Shown here: positions 1 through 8,182 of the stretch, piece after piece
Numbering within the stretch: the stretch's first letter is position 1
Layout of the letters: each line of letters starts with the position of its first letter
Position numbers and translations under genes: made by a program
Source: Candidatus Thorarchaeota archaeon
Lineage (GTDB): Archaea; Asgardarchaeota; Thorarchaeia; Thorarchaeales; Thorarchaeaceae
DNA: 19,201 nucleotides
NCBI GenBank assembly: GCA_011364905.1
Contig: RDNZ01000049.1
Span: forward strand, 1 to 19,201
Direction of reading: 5' to 3'
The notes under the pieces: generated by a model
What the model was told of the DNA's origin: nothing
The model's input: only the letters and a program-made list of their open reading frames with translations
The model's database searches: none

Positions 1-103
1 AGGAGAGATCATCGCATCCAGCCTTCGAGAGGAGATCTATCTCCATATTACGCCACTTTCTGACACTTTTCGCTGCGAGATGTATGTCTTGAGTATCGCT
101 CAT
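1..103 (-). CDS. N-terminal part of a hypothetical protein running off the window edge (MSDTQDIHLAAKSVRKWRNMEIDLLSKAGCDDLS...)
   Basis: Manual translation: ATG at 103 (in-frame GTG at 112), open to position 1; lies downstream of the hairpin at 162-181. Confidence 0.5.
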   Translation of the reverse strand, partial: MSDTQDIHLAAKSVRKWRNMEIDLLSKAGCDDLS

Positions 104-161
104 TCTGACCACATGCTATCCTGTATCCATCTCTTTTTAGAATTGGGATTAAAGAAAGGGT

Positions 162-181
162 GGGAGCGGTGACCCGCTCCC
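162..181 (-). terminator. GC-rich hairpin, probable terminator of the 594-aa gene
   Basis: GGGAGCGG-TGAC-CCGCTCCC perfect 8-bp stem, 12 nt past the stop codon, followed on the minus strand by CCCTTTCTTT. Confidence 0.6.
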
Positions 182-193
182 GGTTCAATTACT

Positions 194-1978
194 TCACTTC
201 CTCTCAGTGTTTATTCTCACACATACTAGTGCGATTACGACCACACCAAGGACACCAACAACGGCTGAAGTCCAGATTAGACCCGAAATAAAGGCACTTG
301 CAGACCGGGGTGTGGTTTCAGGAAACACTGAGAAAATAGGGTCGTGAGTGATTGAGTAGCCATCCCATTGAGCATAGCAGGAGCTATAGTAGTATGTCTG
401 CCCCCACCAGCTAATGTAGGCATTTGCCAGATCGGTGGTAGACTCGGCTAACATGGGCACGGCATAGAAGTAGTAAGGCAGGATTGCAGGAACAACATCG
501 TAGGTCTGTCCGTTTCTTCCCCACACATATGTCCCGCCAAAGTCGACTGCTGACCGAGTTCGGTCGGCCTCAGAGAAGCGGAGAGAGCCACCTGGAACAT
601 CTGTGGTTTCCAGAGAGTCGGTTTGGAGGAGTGTCCAGTCGTCAACAGGAGCAGTATCTTCAGGGGGTGGTTCCAGCCCACCTGTTGCGTTGCCAGGTAA
701 TGGCACAGGGGTCGTTGGCTCGATAGGGACTTCTGGGATAACATAGCTAGTGAAGGAACTCCAGTAATTGATTGTCAGCCCAAGACCTTCAAGATCTGTT
801 GATACATCTCCGGTGAGTGGATCATTAAAGTCACCAACGTACTGGTCTATCTTGACAACAGCAGCGTCATTCGTGGCTTCAAACCTGAAGGTCAGTCTAA
901 AGCTATCCACCACGACAGGTATCGTTTCTTGATCTATGATGTAGTTTTCATAACGAGCAATGTCATAATACCAGATGTCATTGGGAGGATACTTCATGAG
1001 AGACCCCTGAATGTCAACGAGCTCTGCACTCCACTCAATCTGGTTGTCTGAGTTGATATGAGGAGTTGAGAGGGCACCAATGTTTGCATTCTCTGTCTGG
1101 AAACCGTAGACGAACTCCGAAGCAGTTTCATTCATTTGATAGGCCGTCCAGTCAACTATGCCATCCTCATTGTAATCATAGTCGACTTTGTCGTAAACAA
1201 TGTCCATTCTCCCATTGCCATTTGTATCGTTGAAAGTGCTAAAACCGGAGAAATAGTGATTCATCCAATGCTCAGTGTTGTCGGCTCTGAACATCTCATT
1301 GACATCATAACCAAAACCGCAGTAATTCCAATCATAATCATATTCATAGGTCCCATTCATGTAGGAAGCCCACTCATACTCAGGTTTCAGACTCGGAATT
1401 ACAGTGTTCGGATCCACAATGTCTCCATTGTCATTTTTCCAAAGGTATTCAGCGAAGTAATAGTTGCTTGAATTATACTCAGAGTAGTAAAAGGAGGAAT
1501 AAATGAAGACCTCATCTCCAGTCAGTGCACCTTCGTGAGGTGACCAATATATCCCCCAGAGGTCCGTGGCTATATCGGGCTGGTTGGACATCCAAGACAT
1601 GTATGATGCATCAGGGTCGAGCAGTATCACCACGAGAAGATTAGTAAACGTCCAGTCAGAGGTCCAATTATACTTGCTAGTCTCGGAGATTGTGTAATTG
1701 TTTCCGTGGATGTCCTCAACATAGTAGTATGAATGGTAAAAGTCGTCACTAGCATTTGAGAAATAAACAGGTTGTGTGGGTAGCGCATAGTCGCTCCCAG
1801 TCTCATTCCACCATTCCCATGCAACATATACACCAGGCTGCATCTCAGTGAATGGAGCAGCAATCTGTGCAGGCCTATAGGTTCTATCCAGGGCCGCTGT
1901 AGTGCCTATTCCTACTCCAAGCAGCAATATGCTTGAGAGTAAAACGAGAGATGCGAGTTGTTTTGAAGTTGGTTTCAT
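194..1978 (-). CDS. Secreted, C-terminally membrane-anchored acidic cell-surface (glyco)protein of unknown function, 594 aa
   Basis: Signal peptide (MKPTSKQ + hydrophobic stretch), C-terminal TM helix plus basic tail (RINTERK), Tyr/Trp/Asp-rich, DxNxxG loops, at least 9 N-x-S/T sequons, GAGGT RBS at about 1985-1989. Confidence 0.85.
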   Translation of the reverse strand: MKPTSKQLASLVLLSSILLLGVGIGTTAALDRTYRPAQIAAPFTEMQPGVYVAWEWWNETGSDYALPTQPVYFSNASDDFYHSYYYVEDIHGNNYTISETSKYNWTSDWTFTNLLVVILLDPDASYMSWMSNQPDIATDLWGIYWSPHEGALTGDEVFIYSSFYYSEYNSSNYYFAEYLWKNDNGDIVDPNTVIPSLKPEYEWASYMNGTYEYDYDWNYCGFGYDVNEMFRADNTEHWMNHYFSGFSTFNDTNGNGRMDIVYDKVDYDYNEDGIVDWTAYQMNETASEFVYGFQTENANIGALSTPHINSDNQIEWSAELVDIQGSLMKYPPNDIWYYDIARYENYIIDQETIPVVVDSFRLTFRFEATNDAAVVKIDQYVGDFNDPLTGDVSTDLEGLGLTINYWSSFTSYVIPEVPIEPTTPVPLPGNATGGLEPPPEDTAPVDDWTLLQTDSLETTDVPGGSLRFSEADRTRSAVDFGGTYVWGRNGQTYDVVPAILPYYFYAVPMLAESTTDLANAYISWWGQTYYYSSCYAQWDGYSITHDPIFSVFPETTPRSASAFISGLIWTSAVVGVLGVVVIALVCVRINTERK

Positions 1979-2148
1979 TGTTGGACCTCATCTCACTTGA
2001 TTTTCTATGCCAGAAATATCGAGGAAATAGTATAATAGCAGTTTTCTGTGAACTGTTCAGATATTTCTCAAGAAAAGAGCCTATGGTAACTTCTTTCTGC
2101 TACAAGAGGATTATAAAAGCCTAATACCGTTCGAAGACAGCTCATAGA

Positions 2149-2643
2149 CTATTTTGCCACGTCGTGTTTCAAAGTAATTATCTTTGTGCGACCACTCTCG
2201 GTTCGAGTGATCAGAGATTTCCGCTCAAGTGTGGCCAATGTCACACTGAGTGTTGACTTACTAAGACCAGTTGCCCTACGCAGTTCATCCTGAGCCATCT
2301 GCCCATTGTGCTCTTCAAGACGATTGATTATCCGGCGTTCGGTATTGGTGAGTGTGACAACTAGGATTTTTTCAGTTGGAGATTCTTCGCGAACAACGGA
2401 AGTCACCATGAGACCCTCAAGGTGTGACACTCTTCTCTGAAGACGGATGACAACAAGGATAGCGACATTCAGGACAAGAACAAGCGATATCACCAGTGCA
2501 ATTGTGGTCGCAAGAAACACCACTTCTTTGGCTACAGGTAATGCAGAAAACCAAGTCCACAGAGCCAATGAGAGAATCACCACAGAACTAACGACAAGGA
2601 TGATGTCAATCCTCTTGGTCCACTCTCTGGCTGGGGACATCAC
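2149..2643 (-). CDS. Membrane-anchored winged-HTH transcriptional regulator (COG2512-like)
   Basis: Two N-terminal TM helices and a C-terminal LTxxERxII...QDELRRATGLSKSTLSVTLATLERKSLI...GRTKII wHTH signature. Confidence 0.8.
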   Translation of the reverse strand: MMSPAREWTKRIDIILVVSSVVILSLALWTWFSALPVAKEVVFLATTIALVISLVLVLNVAILVVIRLQRRVSHLEGLMVTSVVREESPTEKILVVTLTNTERRIINRLEEHNGQMAQDELRRATGLSKSTLSVTLATLERKSLITRTESGRTKIITLKHDVAK

Positions 2644-2765
2644 AACACCTACGCTGGTTGAACGTAATACTACTTAAGAATGCGTCTGAAACCTGTTTCT
2701 TGTACAGAACATCGTCTATCAAAAAAGGTAAATTGACTCCGACGATGGTCAATCTGGTGCTTTGG

Positions 2766-3143
2766 ATGTCAACACCTGTCACAGGACAACTGACCAGGAA
2801 GGAGCTGCAGGAACTCAGAAGACTAAAAGCTGTGAGGCAAGCTCTTGATGAATGGAGAAAGAAGGGATTTGATGTGGACATTCCAATCTGCCCCATCTGC
2901 AAGAGCCCAAGACTTGTCCAATTGACATCAGCCCATGATCTAGGAACATTTCCAGGTTCGTTTCAGAAAGCATTCTACTGTATCGACTGTGGGTGGTACG
3001 GACGTATAGCACCGGTGATGTCTAACCGGTCCATGCGGGATGCAGTCTTAGAGGACCTTCAGGGAGCTTTCGCTCCGTTGATGGACCCAGATGAAGACCC
3101 GCTTCTTGGAGAGGTTGACGAAGTAATCGACGATGATTTCTGA
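2766..3143 (+). CDS. Zinc-ribbon protein with acidic C-terminal tail
   Basis: CPIC...CIDCGW pair of CxxC motifs. Start placed at ATG 2766 after a GGTG RBS-like site; the ORF track starts at 2658. Confidence 0.7.
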   Translation: MSTPVTGQLTRKELQELRRLKAVRQALDEWRKKGFDVDIPICPICKSPRLVQLTSAHDLGTFPGSFQKAFYCIDCGWYGRIAPVMSNRSMRDAVLEDLQGAFAPLMDPDEDPLLGEVDEVIDDDF

Positions 3144-3144
3144 G

Positions 3145-3438
3145 TCAATCACGAGGAACTCTGCGCAACTCATACATTAGAGGATTGAATCCATCGGGAC
3201 ATGCATGTGTTGCTACACACTGATCCTTGACCCAGGGAAACCTAGCATTATACATCATGGCGTATACTTTGGGCAACATTGAGTACATCGCACTTATGCA
3301 GATTCTTCCCTTGACCTCGTCCCCAGTGAAGAGAACCTCGTCTCCAACTTTGTGACCGGCTCCACAGGTCCCTTCCTGTTTAACAACGCGACATAGAATA
3401 TTCCATGGCTCTTCGCGGATACATGTATCTTCTATCAT
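3145..3438 (-). CDS. TIGR04076-family small Cys-containing protein
   Basis: Motifs GTCGAGHKVGD, ICxSA, FPW and CPD, typical of this family from anaerobes. Confidence 0.8.
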   Translation of the reverse strand: MIEDTCIREEPWNILCRVVKQEGTCGAGHKVGDEVLFTGDEVKGRICISAMYSMLPKVYAMMYNARFPWVKDQCVATHACPDGFNPLMYELRRVPRD

Positions 3439-3479
3439 ATTGTTGAATTATGAAGCATCTCTTGTTAATTTGTCGAAAT

Positions 3480-4868
3480 TCAGCTCTCCGTCTCGTCATC
3501 AGTCTTAGCGTTTTGTTCTTCATTGTCAGAAGAGGTGGGAGGAGTGTCATCTGCGATATCCAACAGTGTGATACCATGAGGCTCGAATACGTCATGGTCC
3601 GGAGGTAACTCACCAGCAGATCTCAGACTCATTTTCACCGCCAACGGTCCTATCATCTCAAGCACCATGGTCGACACAGCAACAACCCCAAGAATGAGCA
3701 CGCCCATTGTCTGAGCTTCGCCACCAAGTGCTACAAATGTTTCCTCTATAATGAAAGATAGACCTAAAGCCACCCCAGCTTGGCAAAGGAGACAACCGCC
3801 TAGATACTTCTGGATGGTCGGCACCTCGTGCACGATTCGGCTTCCAATCGATGCACCGAAATACTTTGCAATGGTTCTTCCTAAGAGATAGAGCGCTGCT
3901 GTTGCCAAAATTAGAAGGACAGTTTCAGAAGTAGTGAGTAACTGAGCCATTCTACCCCCCACCAGAACGAAGAAAATCATCACAATGGGAGACATGACTC
4001 TCTCAAGGAGTTCCGGAACTTCTTCCTTATCATGATCAATCTGTGACCGAACAATGTAACCGAAGACCATCGCCGCAAAGATGTCACTCACGTGAATGAG
4101 AAATCCAGATGTCGCCAAATAGGAATTAACAGCTTCAATGACTCCAATCAGCAATATTACCATTCCAATCTCGAGTTCAAGCAGTTTTCCCCTGTCTACT
4201 TCGCTATTCACAGGGTAGATGAAAATAAGACCGAATACTACTCCCAAGACCACAGATCCCAGTATTCCCATCACTGGCTCGAATACCATGGATGCAAAAG
4301 CTATCGAATCAGGAACATAAATCCATAAGGCGTAAGCAATCGCAGAGTTAGTGAGAATCACTGCAACAATATCATCAGCAGCTAGAACGAACATGAGCGA
4401 GGAGGTAACAGGTCCTTCACAATCACATTCCCAAACTACGTCGGCTGTCGCAGCAGGAGCAGTGGCACTAGCTACAGCTCCGAAGAGAATCGCAGTTGGA
4501 ATTACGTTCGGGAATCCGATGGAAGAAAGAATCGTGAATGTTAGAAAAGCCACAGCCGCAAATGCAGCAACGGCTTCAATCAAAACAATGACCAACAGCT
4601 TTCTTACTCTTTTCGAATTGAGATTGGGATTCTTCAATTCGTGGCCAATGTTGTAACCAATTAGTCCCAAGGCTAAAGAAACAAAGAACCGTAAGTCATG
4701 GATGGCTTGCTCTGACAAGATGGCAGTCAAACCGAGAACGACACCAGCAAGCATGAAACCAAGTGTCTGTGGAATGCCTAGCTTCTTGAGTATGAATGCA
4801 CCGACAAAGGAGAGTACAAGGGCTGCACCCACTGTTAGTAACAAGAAGTCCATAGATGGAGTCTCCAC
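3480..4868 (-). CDS. Cation:proton antiporter (Na+/H+ exchanger, CPA2/Kef-like membrane domain)
   Basis: About 12-13 TM segments; GYNIGHEL, ASATAPAAT, LAADD, FFVLVG, GRxxAKYxGA and QAGVALGL motifs. Confidence 0.9.
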   Translation of the reverse strand: METPSMDFLLLTVGAALVLSFVGAFILKKLGIPQTLGFMLAGVVLGLTAILSEQAIHDLRFFVSLALGLIGYNIGHELKNPNLNSKRVRKLLVIVLIEAVAAFAAVAFLTFTILSSIGFPNVIPTAILFGAVASATAPAATADVVWECDCEGPVTSSLMFVLAADDIVAVILTNSAIAYALWIYVPDSIAFASMVFEPVMGILGSVVLGVVFGLIFIYPVNSEVDRGKLLELEIGMVILLIGVIEAVNSYLATSGFLIHVSDIFAAMVFGYIVRSQIDHDKEEVPELLERVMSPIVMIFFVLVGGRMAQLLTTSETVLLILATAALYLLGRTIAKYFGASIGSRIVHEVPTIQKYLGGCLLCQAGVALGLSFIIEETFVALGGEAQTMGVLILGVVAVSTMVLEMIGPLAVKMSLRSAGELPPDHDVFEPHGITLLDIADDTPPTSSDNEEQNAKTDDETES

Positions 4869-4962
4869 AGATTTTACATAGACACCCGTCGATAGAAAAT
4901 AACGGAACTTTTGAGGGTTTTGATGCCACTACGCTGAGATACCTATCTAAGCAGCTTGATTG

Positions 4963-5646
4963 CTATTTGAGTAAACTGTAGTAAGTACAGAGGTGACTAA
5001 GAAAGCACTCATCGCACTTTGGGTTCTGCGCTCGACAGATTTCTCTTCCATGCTGCACCAGATTTTTGTTCAGGGAGGGAATACAACTTGAAGGAACGAT
5101 TTGCTCGAGTAACACGTGCGCTTTCTCACGTGAGACTTTTTCTCCGATTAGTCCGAGACGCTTGGTCACTCGCCACACATGAGTATCAACTGGAAGCACT
5201 GGACGCCCAAAGGAGAAGAGAAGAACAATTGCGGCGGTCTTTGGGCCAACGCCATGAAGTGAAGTTAACCATTTCTTTGCTTCATCTAGCTCCATTGTCT
5301 TAAGATGGGAGATATCAAGACGACCAACTCTCTCTTTTATCTCTCTGAGTGCAGTTTGAATTCTCTTGGCCTTCAGGTTGTACATTCCTGAAGAACGTAT
5401 GAAAATAGCCAACTCATCCTGTGGAGCCGCAAGCACCTCTTCCCAGGTGGAATATCGCTCCTTAAGGGACTCGTAGGCTCGAAGCATGTTAACATCATTA
5501 GTGTGCTGGCTCAGAATGGTCATCACTAGCTCATCAAGTGGTGGTAGTCTCCTCGAGCTTACTTCACGTCCATAATAATGGATGAGAACATTGCATACCT
5601 TTTGCGCTTTAAGACGTGTCTTGACTGAGATCCCTTCATCGCTCAT
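4963..5646 (-). CDS. nth: Endonuclease III (HhH-GPD DNA glycosylase/AP lyase with 4Fe-4S cluster)
   Basis: TILSQHTND, HhH LxSLHGVGPKTA with catalytic Lys, PVDTHVxRV, C-x6-C-x2-C-x5-C. Start likely ATG 5646; the ORF track starts at 5745. Confidence 0.9.
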   Translation of the reverse strand: MSDEGISVKTRLKAQKVCNVLIHYYGREVSSRRLPPLDELVMTILSQHTNDVNMLRAYESLKERYSTWEEVLAAPQDELAIFIRSSGMYNLKAKRIQTALREIKERVGRLDISHLKTMELDEAKKWLTSLHGVGPKTAAIVLLFSFGRPVLPVDTHVWRVTKRLGLIGEKVSREKAHVLLEQIVPSSCIPSLNKNLVQHGREICRAQNPKCDECFLSHLCTYYSLLK

Positions 5647-5736
5647 GTGTATCTCACGGTTTAGGAGTTCATCCTTATCTACACACTGGTCCGAGGTGAT
5701 TGGAGTCCCCATTCGATATGCTTTTGTTATACTTGT

Positions 5737-5756
5737 ATGAATCACACATGAATCAC
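5737..5756 (+). promoter_or_regulatory. Tandem 9-bp direct repeat ATGAATCAC, candidate operator
   Basis: ATGAATCAC at 5737-5745 and 5748-5756, between a TTATA-like box (about 5727) and the flavodoxin start codon. Confidence 0.4.
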
Positions 5757-5757
5757 G

Positions 5758-6177
5758 ATGAAAGTAGCAGTGGTATATGAGAGCACTAGAGGCCGAACAA
5801 AAGCAATGGCTGAAGCGATTTGCGAAGGTGCCACTTCAAGTGGAGCCGAATGTGTGGTATATGATGCAAAGGAGTTTCCTGGATTCGATGACATCTGTGG
5901 ATTAGCACTTGGAAGCTCCACACGAATGACGCGAACTTTGCCAATGGTAAAGAGGATACTGTCGGAACTACCGTCACTCAATGGGCTCCCAGCGGCAGCA
6001 TATGGCTCTTATGGGTGGAGCGGAGAAGCACCAGACGAGATTGCAGCTAAGCTCGCAGAGGTTGGAGCAAGTCTTGTTGAAAGCAATCCAATCAAGGCAA
6101 AGGATTTCCCAAGTGATTCTGTTCTTGATCAATGCCGTGCTCTTGGAGGCAAATTGGCATCAAGTTGCCAAAAATGA
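5758..6177 (+). CDS. Flavodoxin-domain protein (short chain, FprA C-terminal-like)
   Basis: FMN phosphate loop VVYESTRGRTKAMAEAI, LGSST, YGSYGWSGEA. Confidence 0.9.
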   Translation: MKVAVVYESTRGRTKAMAEAICEGATSSGAECVVYDAKEFPGFDDICGLALGSSTRMTRTLPMVKRILSELPSLNGLPAAAYGSYGWSGEAPDEIAAKLAEVGASLVESNPIKAKDFPSDSVLDQCRALGGKLASSCQK

Positions 6178-6247
6178 AGATAGATGCCTGCCGCCTACAG
6201 AATTCTTATCATCTGGGGCAATTCTTGAGAGGAGTGGAGCTGACTGA

Positions 6248-8182
6248 ATGGGTCATATTAGAAGACTCATGGGTTATTCGCTAAGACGCAAGCGTCTATT
6301 CTTAGGTTTTCTTGCGTCAGCGGCAATTGGGACCATATTCAATCTTCTAACTCCATTAGTGATAGTCAGAATCGTGGATGATGTACTTGATGGCGGTCAG
6401 CTTGACTTGCTTCTTCCATATACAATGTTCTATATCGGCTTAGGACTTCTCTATGCAATCTTCGATGTGGCTGGGAGGTATGGAGCGGCAATCTCCTCTC
6501 AATGGGTCATCTATACATTGCGTGGAGAGCTCTATCAGAGTCTTATGGAGAAAGACTTGGCATTCTATGATGAAAACGAAACAGGGCAGCTTCTTGCTCG
6601 AGTAACAACTGATGTCAGCACGATGCGGGAGTTTCTGTTTTGGGGCTATCGTGTCATTTTCATCGGTGCAGTACAACTTGTTGGAACTTACATAGTAATG
6701 TGGACCGTCAATCCTGGACTTACATACTATATACTTCTGCTGCTTCCGGTCATTGCTGTTTTCATTTATTCCTTTGCACGAAAGGTCAGGCCAGTCTTCC
6801 GAGCGGCAAGAAATCAGTATGGAGTTCTTAGCTCTGTGCTTGCAGAGAATGTTGTTGGTCATAAGGTTGTGCGAACATATGCTTCGGAAGATAGGGAAGC
6901 CAAGAGAGTGGAAAAGGAGAATCGGGGTTTCCTTGATTTGAGAGTGGAAGCTAGTAGGCTACAGTCGCTCTTTCAACCTATGCTCCCTGCGATATTTGGA
7001 CTTGTTACTGGTTTTCTGATATACATTGGAGGAGTCTCAATAATCAATAGTGCTTTGACGTTGGGTGAGTTTGTAGGTTTCGTGTCTCTGGTTGGAATGC
7101 TTATGCTCCCAGCGCGTTTCCTCAGCTGGGGTGTAGGAATGTATGAACGTGCTGCGGCTGCAGGAGAGCGAACTTTCTACATACTGGATGCCGTTGAGGA
7201 AGTGATGGAGCCAGAGAATCCAGTGGAAGTGCCCGACTTCGCTGGAGCTGTCGATTTTGATAATGTTCACTTCAGTTACAGAGGGGATAAAGAAATACTT
7301 CGTGACATCTCGCTTCATGTAAAACCAGGTCAAGTGGTCGCATTACTTGGAGGGACCGGATCTGGAAAGACAAGTCTAGTGAATCTGATTCCAAGATTCT
7401 ACGATGTAGACAGTAATTATACAGTCAAGTATAATGGAGAGATTCGACGCGTCAATGAGGATGGATATGTCACGATTGATGGTTCAAAATACAAGATGAC
7501 CAATGGTCAAGTCGATATAGACGGACAGAGTATCAAAGTCCAAGCTCCTGGCACGCTCTGCATTGATGGAGTGGATGTACGCCTTTACTCACTGAATGAC
7601 TTGCGAAAAAGGATTGGAATCGTGCACCAAGACCCATTCCTCTTTTCGGCATCCCTGAGAAACAACATTGCATTTGGCCGTCCAGAGGCTTCCCTTGAAG
7701 AGGTCATTGAGGCCGCAAAGGCAGCTATGATTCATGACTTTATTGTTGCACTTGAACAAGGATACGACTCTGAAGTGGGCGAGCGTGGTGTCACACTTAG
7801 TGGAGGGCAAAAACAAAGGATTGCCATTGCCAGAGCTCTACTCGCCAATCCGAAGATTCTGATACTGGATGACTCCACTAGCTCTGTTGATGCAAGGACT
7901 GAGATGCTGATTCAGCAAGCTTTGGAGAATCTGATGAAGGACCGGACCACCTTCGTAATCACTCATCGCCTTAGTACGGTGAGAAATGCAGACCTCATTG
8001 TAATGATGGAGCGAGGACGAATCGTTGAAATGGGGTCTCATGATAGCCTTATTGCAGAAGAGGGACTCTACCACAACATACACCAGACTTTGACAGAGAT
8101 GGAATTGGCTGCAAGCATTGCCGAGGGTGAACCTCCGAAATCTGCAGCATCAAACATCCGAGGAGGAAGTAGCAATGAGTAG
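6248..8182 (+). CDS. ABC exporter TMD-NBD half transporter, subunit A of a heterodimer (TM287-like)
   Basis: 6-TM domain; Walker A GGTGSGKT, Q-loop VHQD, LSGGQ, non-canonical Walker B ILILDD, THR switch. Confidence 0.95.
   Translation: MGHIRRLMGYSLRRKRLFLGFLASAAIGTIFNLLTPLVIVRIVDDVLDGGQLDLLLPYTMFYIGLGLLYAIFDVAGRYGAAISSQWVIYTLRGELYQSLMEKDLAFYDENETGQLLARVTTDVSTMREFLFWGYRVIFIGAVQLVGTYIVMWTVNPGLTYYILLLLPVIAVFIYSFARKVRPVFRAARNQYGVLSSVLAENVVGHKVVRTYASEDREAKRVEKENRGFLDLRVEASRLQSLFQPMLPAIFGLVTGFLIYIGGVSIINSALTLGEFVGFVSLVGMLMLPARFLSWGVGMYERAAAAGERTFYILDAVEEVMEPENPVEVPDFAGAVDFDNVHFSYRGDKEILRDISLHVKPGQVVALLGGTGSGKTSLVNLIPRFYDVDSNYTVKYNGEIRRVNEDGYVTIDGSKYKMTNGQVDIDGQSIKVQAPGTLCIDGVDVRLYSLNDLRKRIGIVHQDPFLFSASLRNNIAFGRPEASLEEVIEAAKAAMIHDFIVALEQGYDSEVGERGVTLSGGQKQRIAIARALLANPKILILDDSTSSVDARTEMLIQQALENLMKDRTTFVITHRLSTVRNADLIVMMERGRIVEMGSHDSLIAEEGLYHNIHQTLTEMELAASIAEGEPPKSAASNIRGGSSNE

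Noticed and set aside
7415-7549. Intein or intron explanation for the ABC insertion
   Set aside because: No C-terminal His-Asn plus nucleophile junction, far too short for an intein, and it is in frame and resembles the flanking hairpin.
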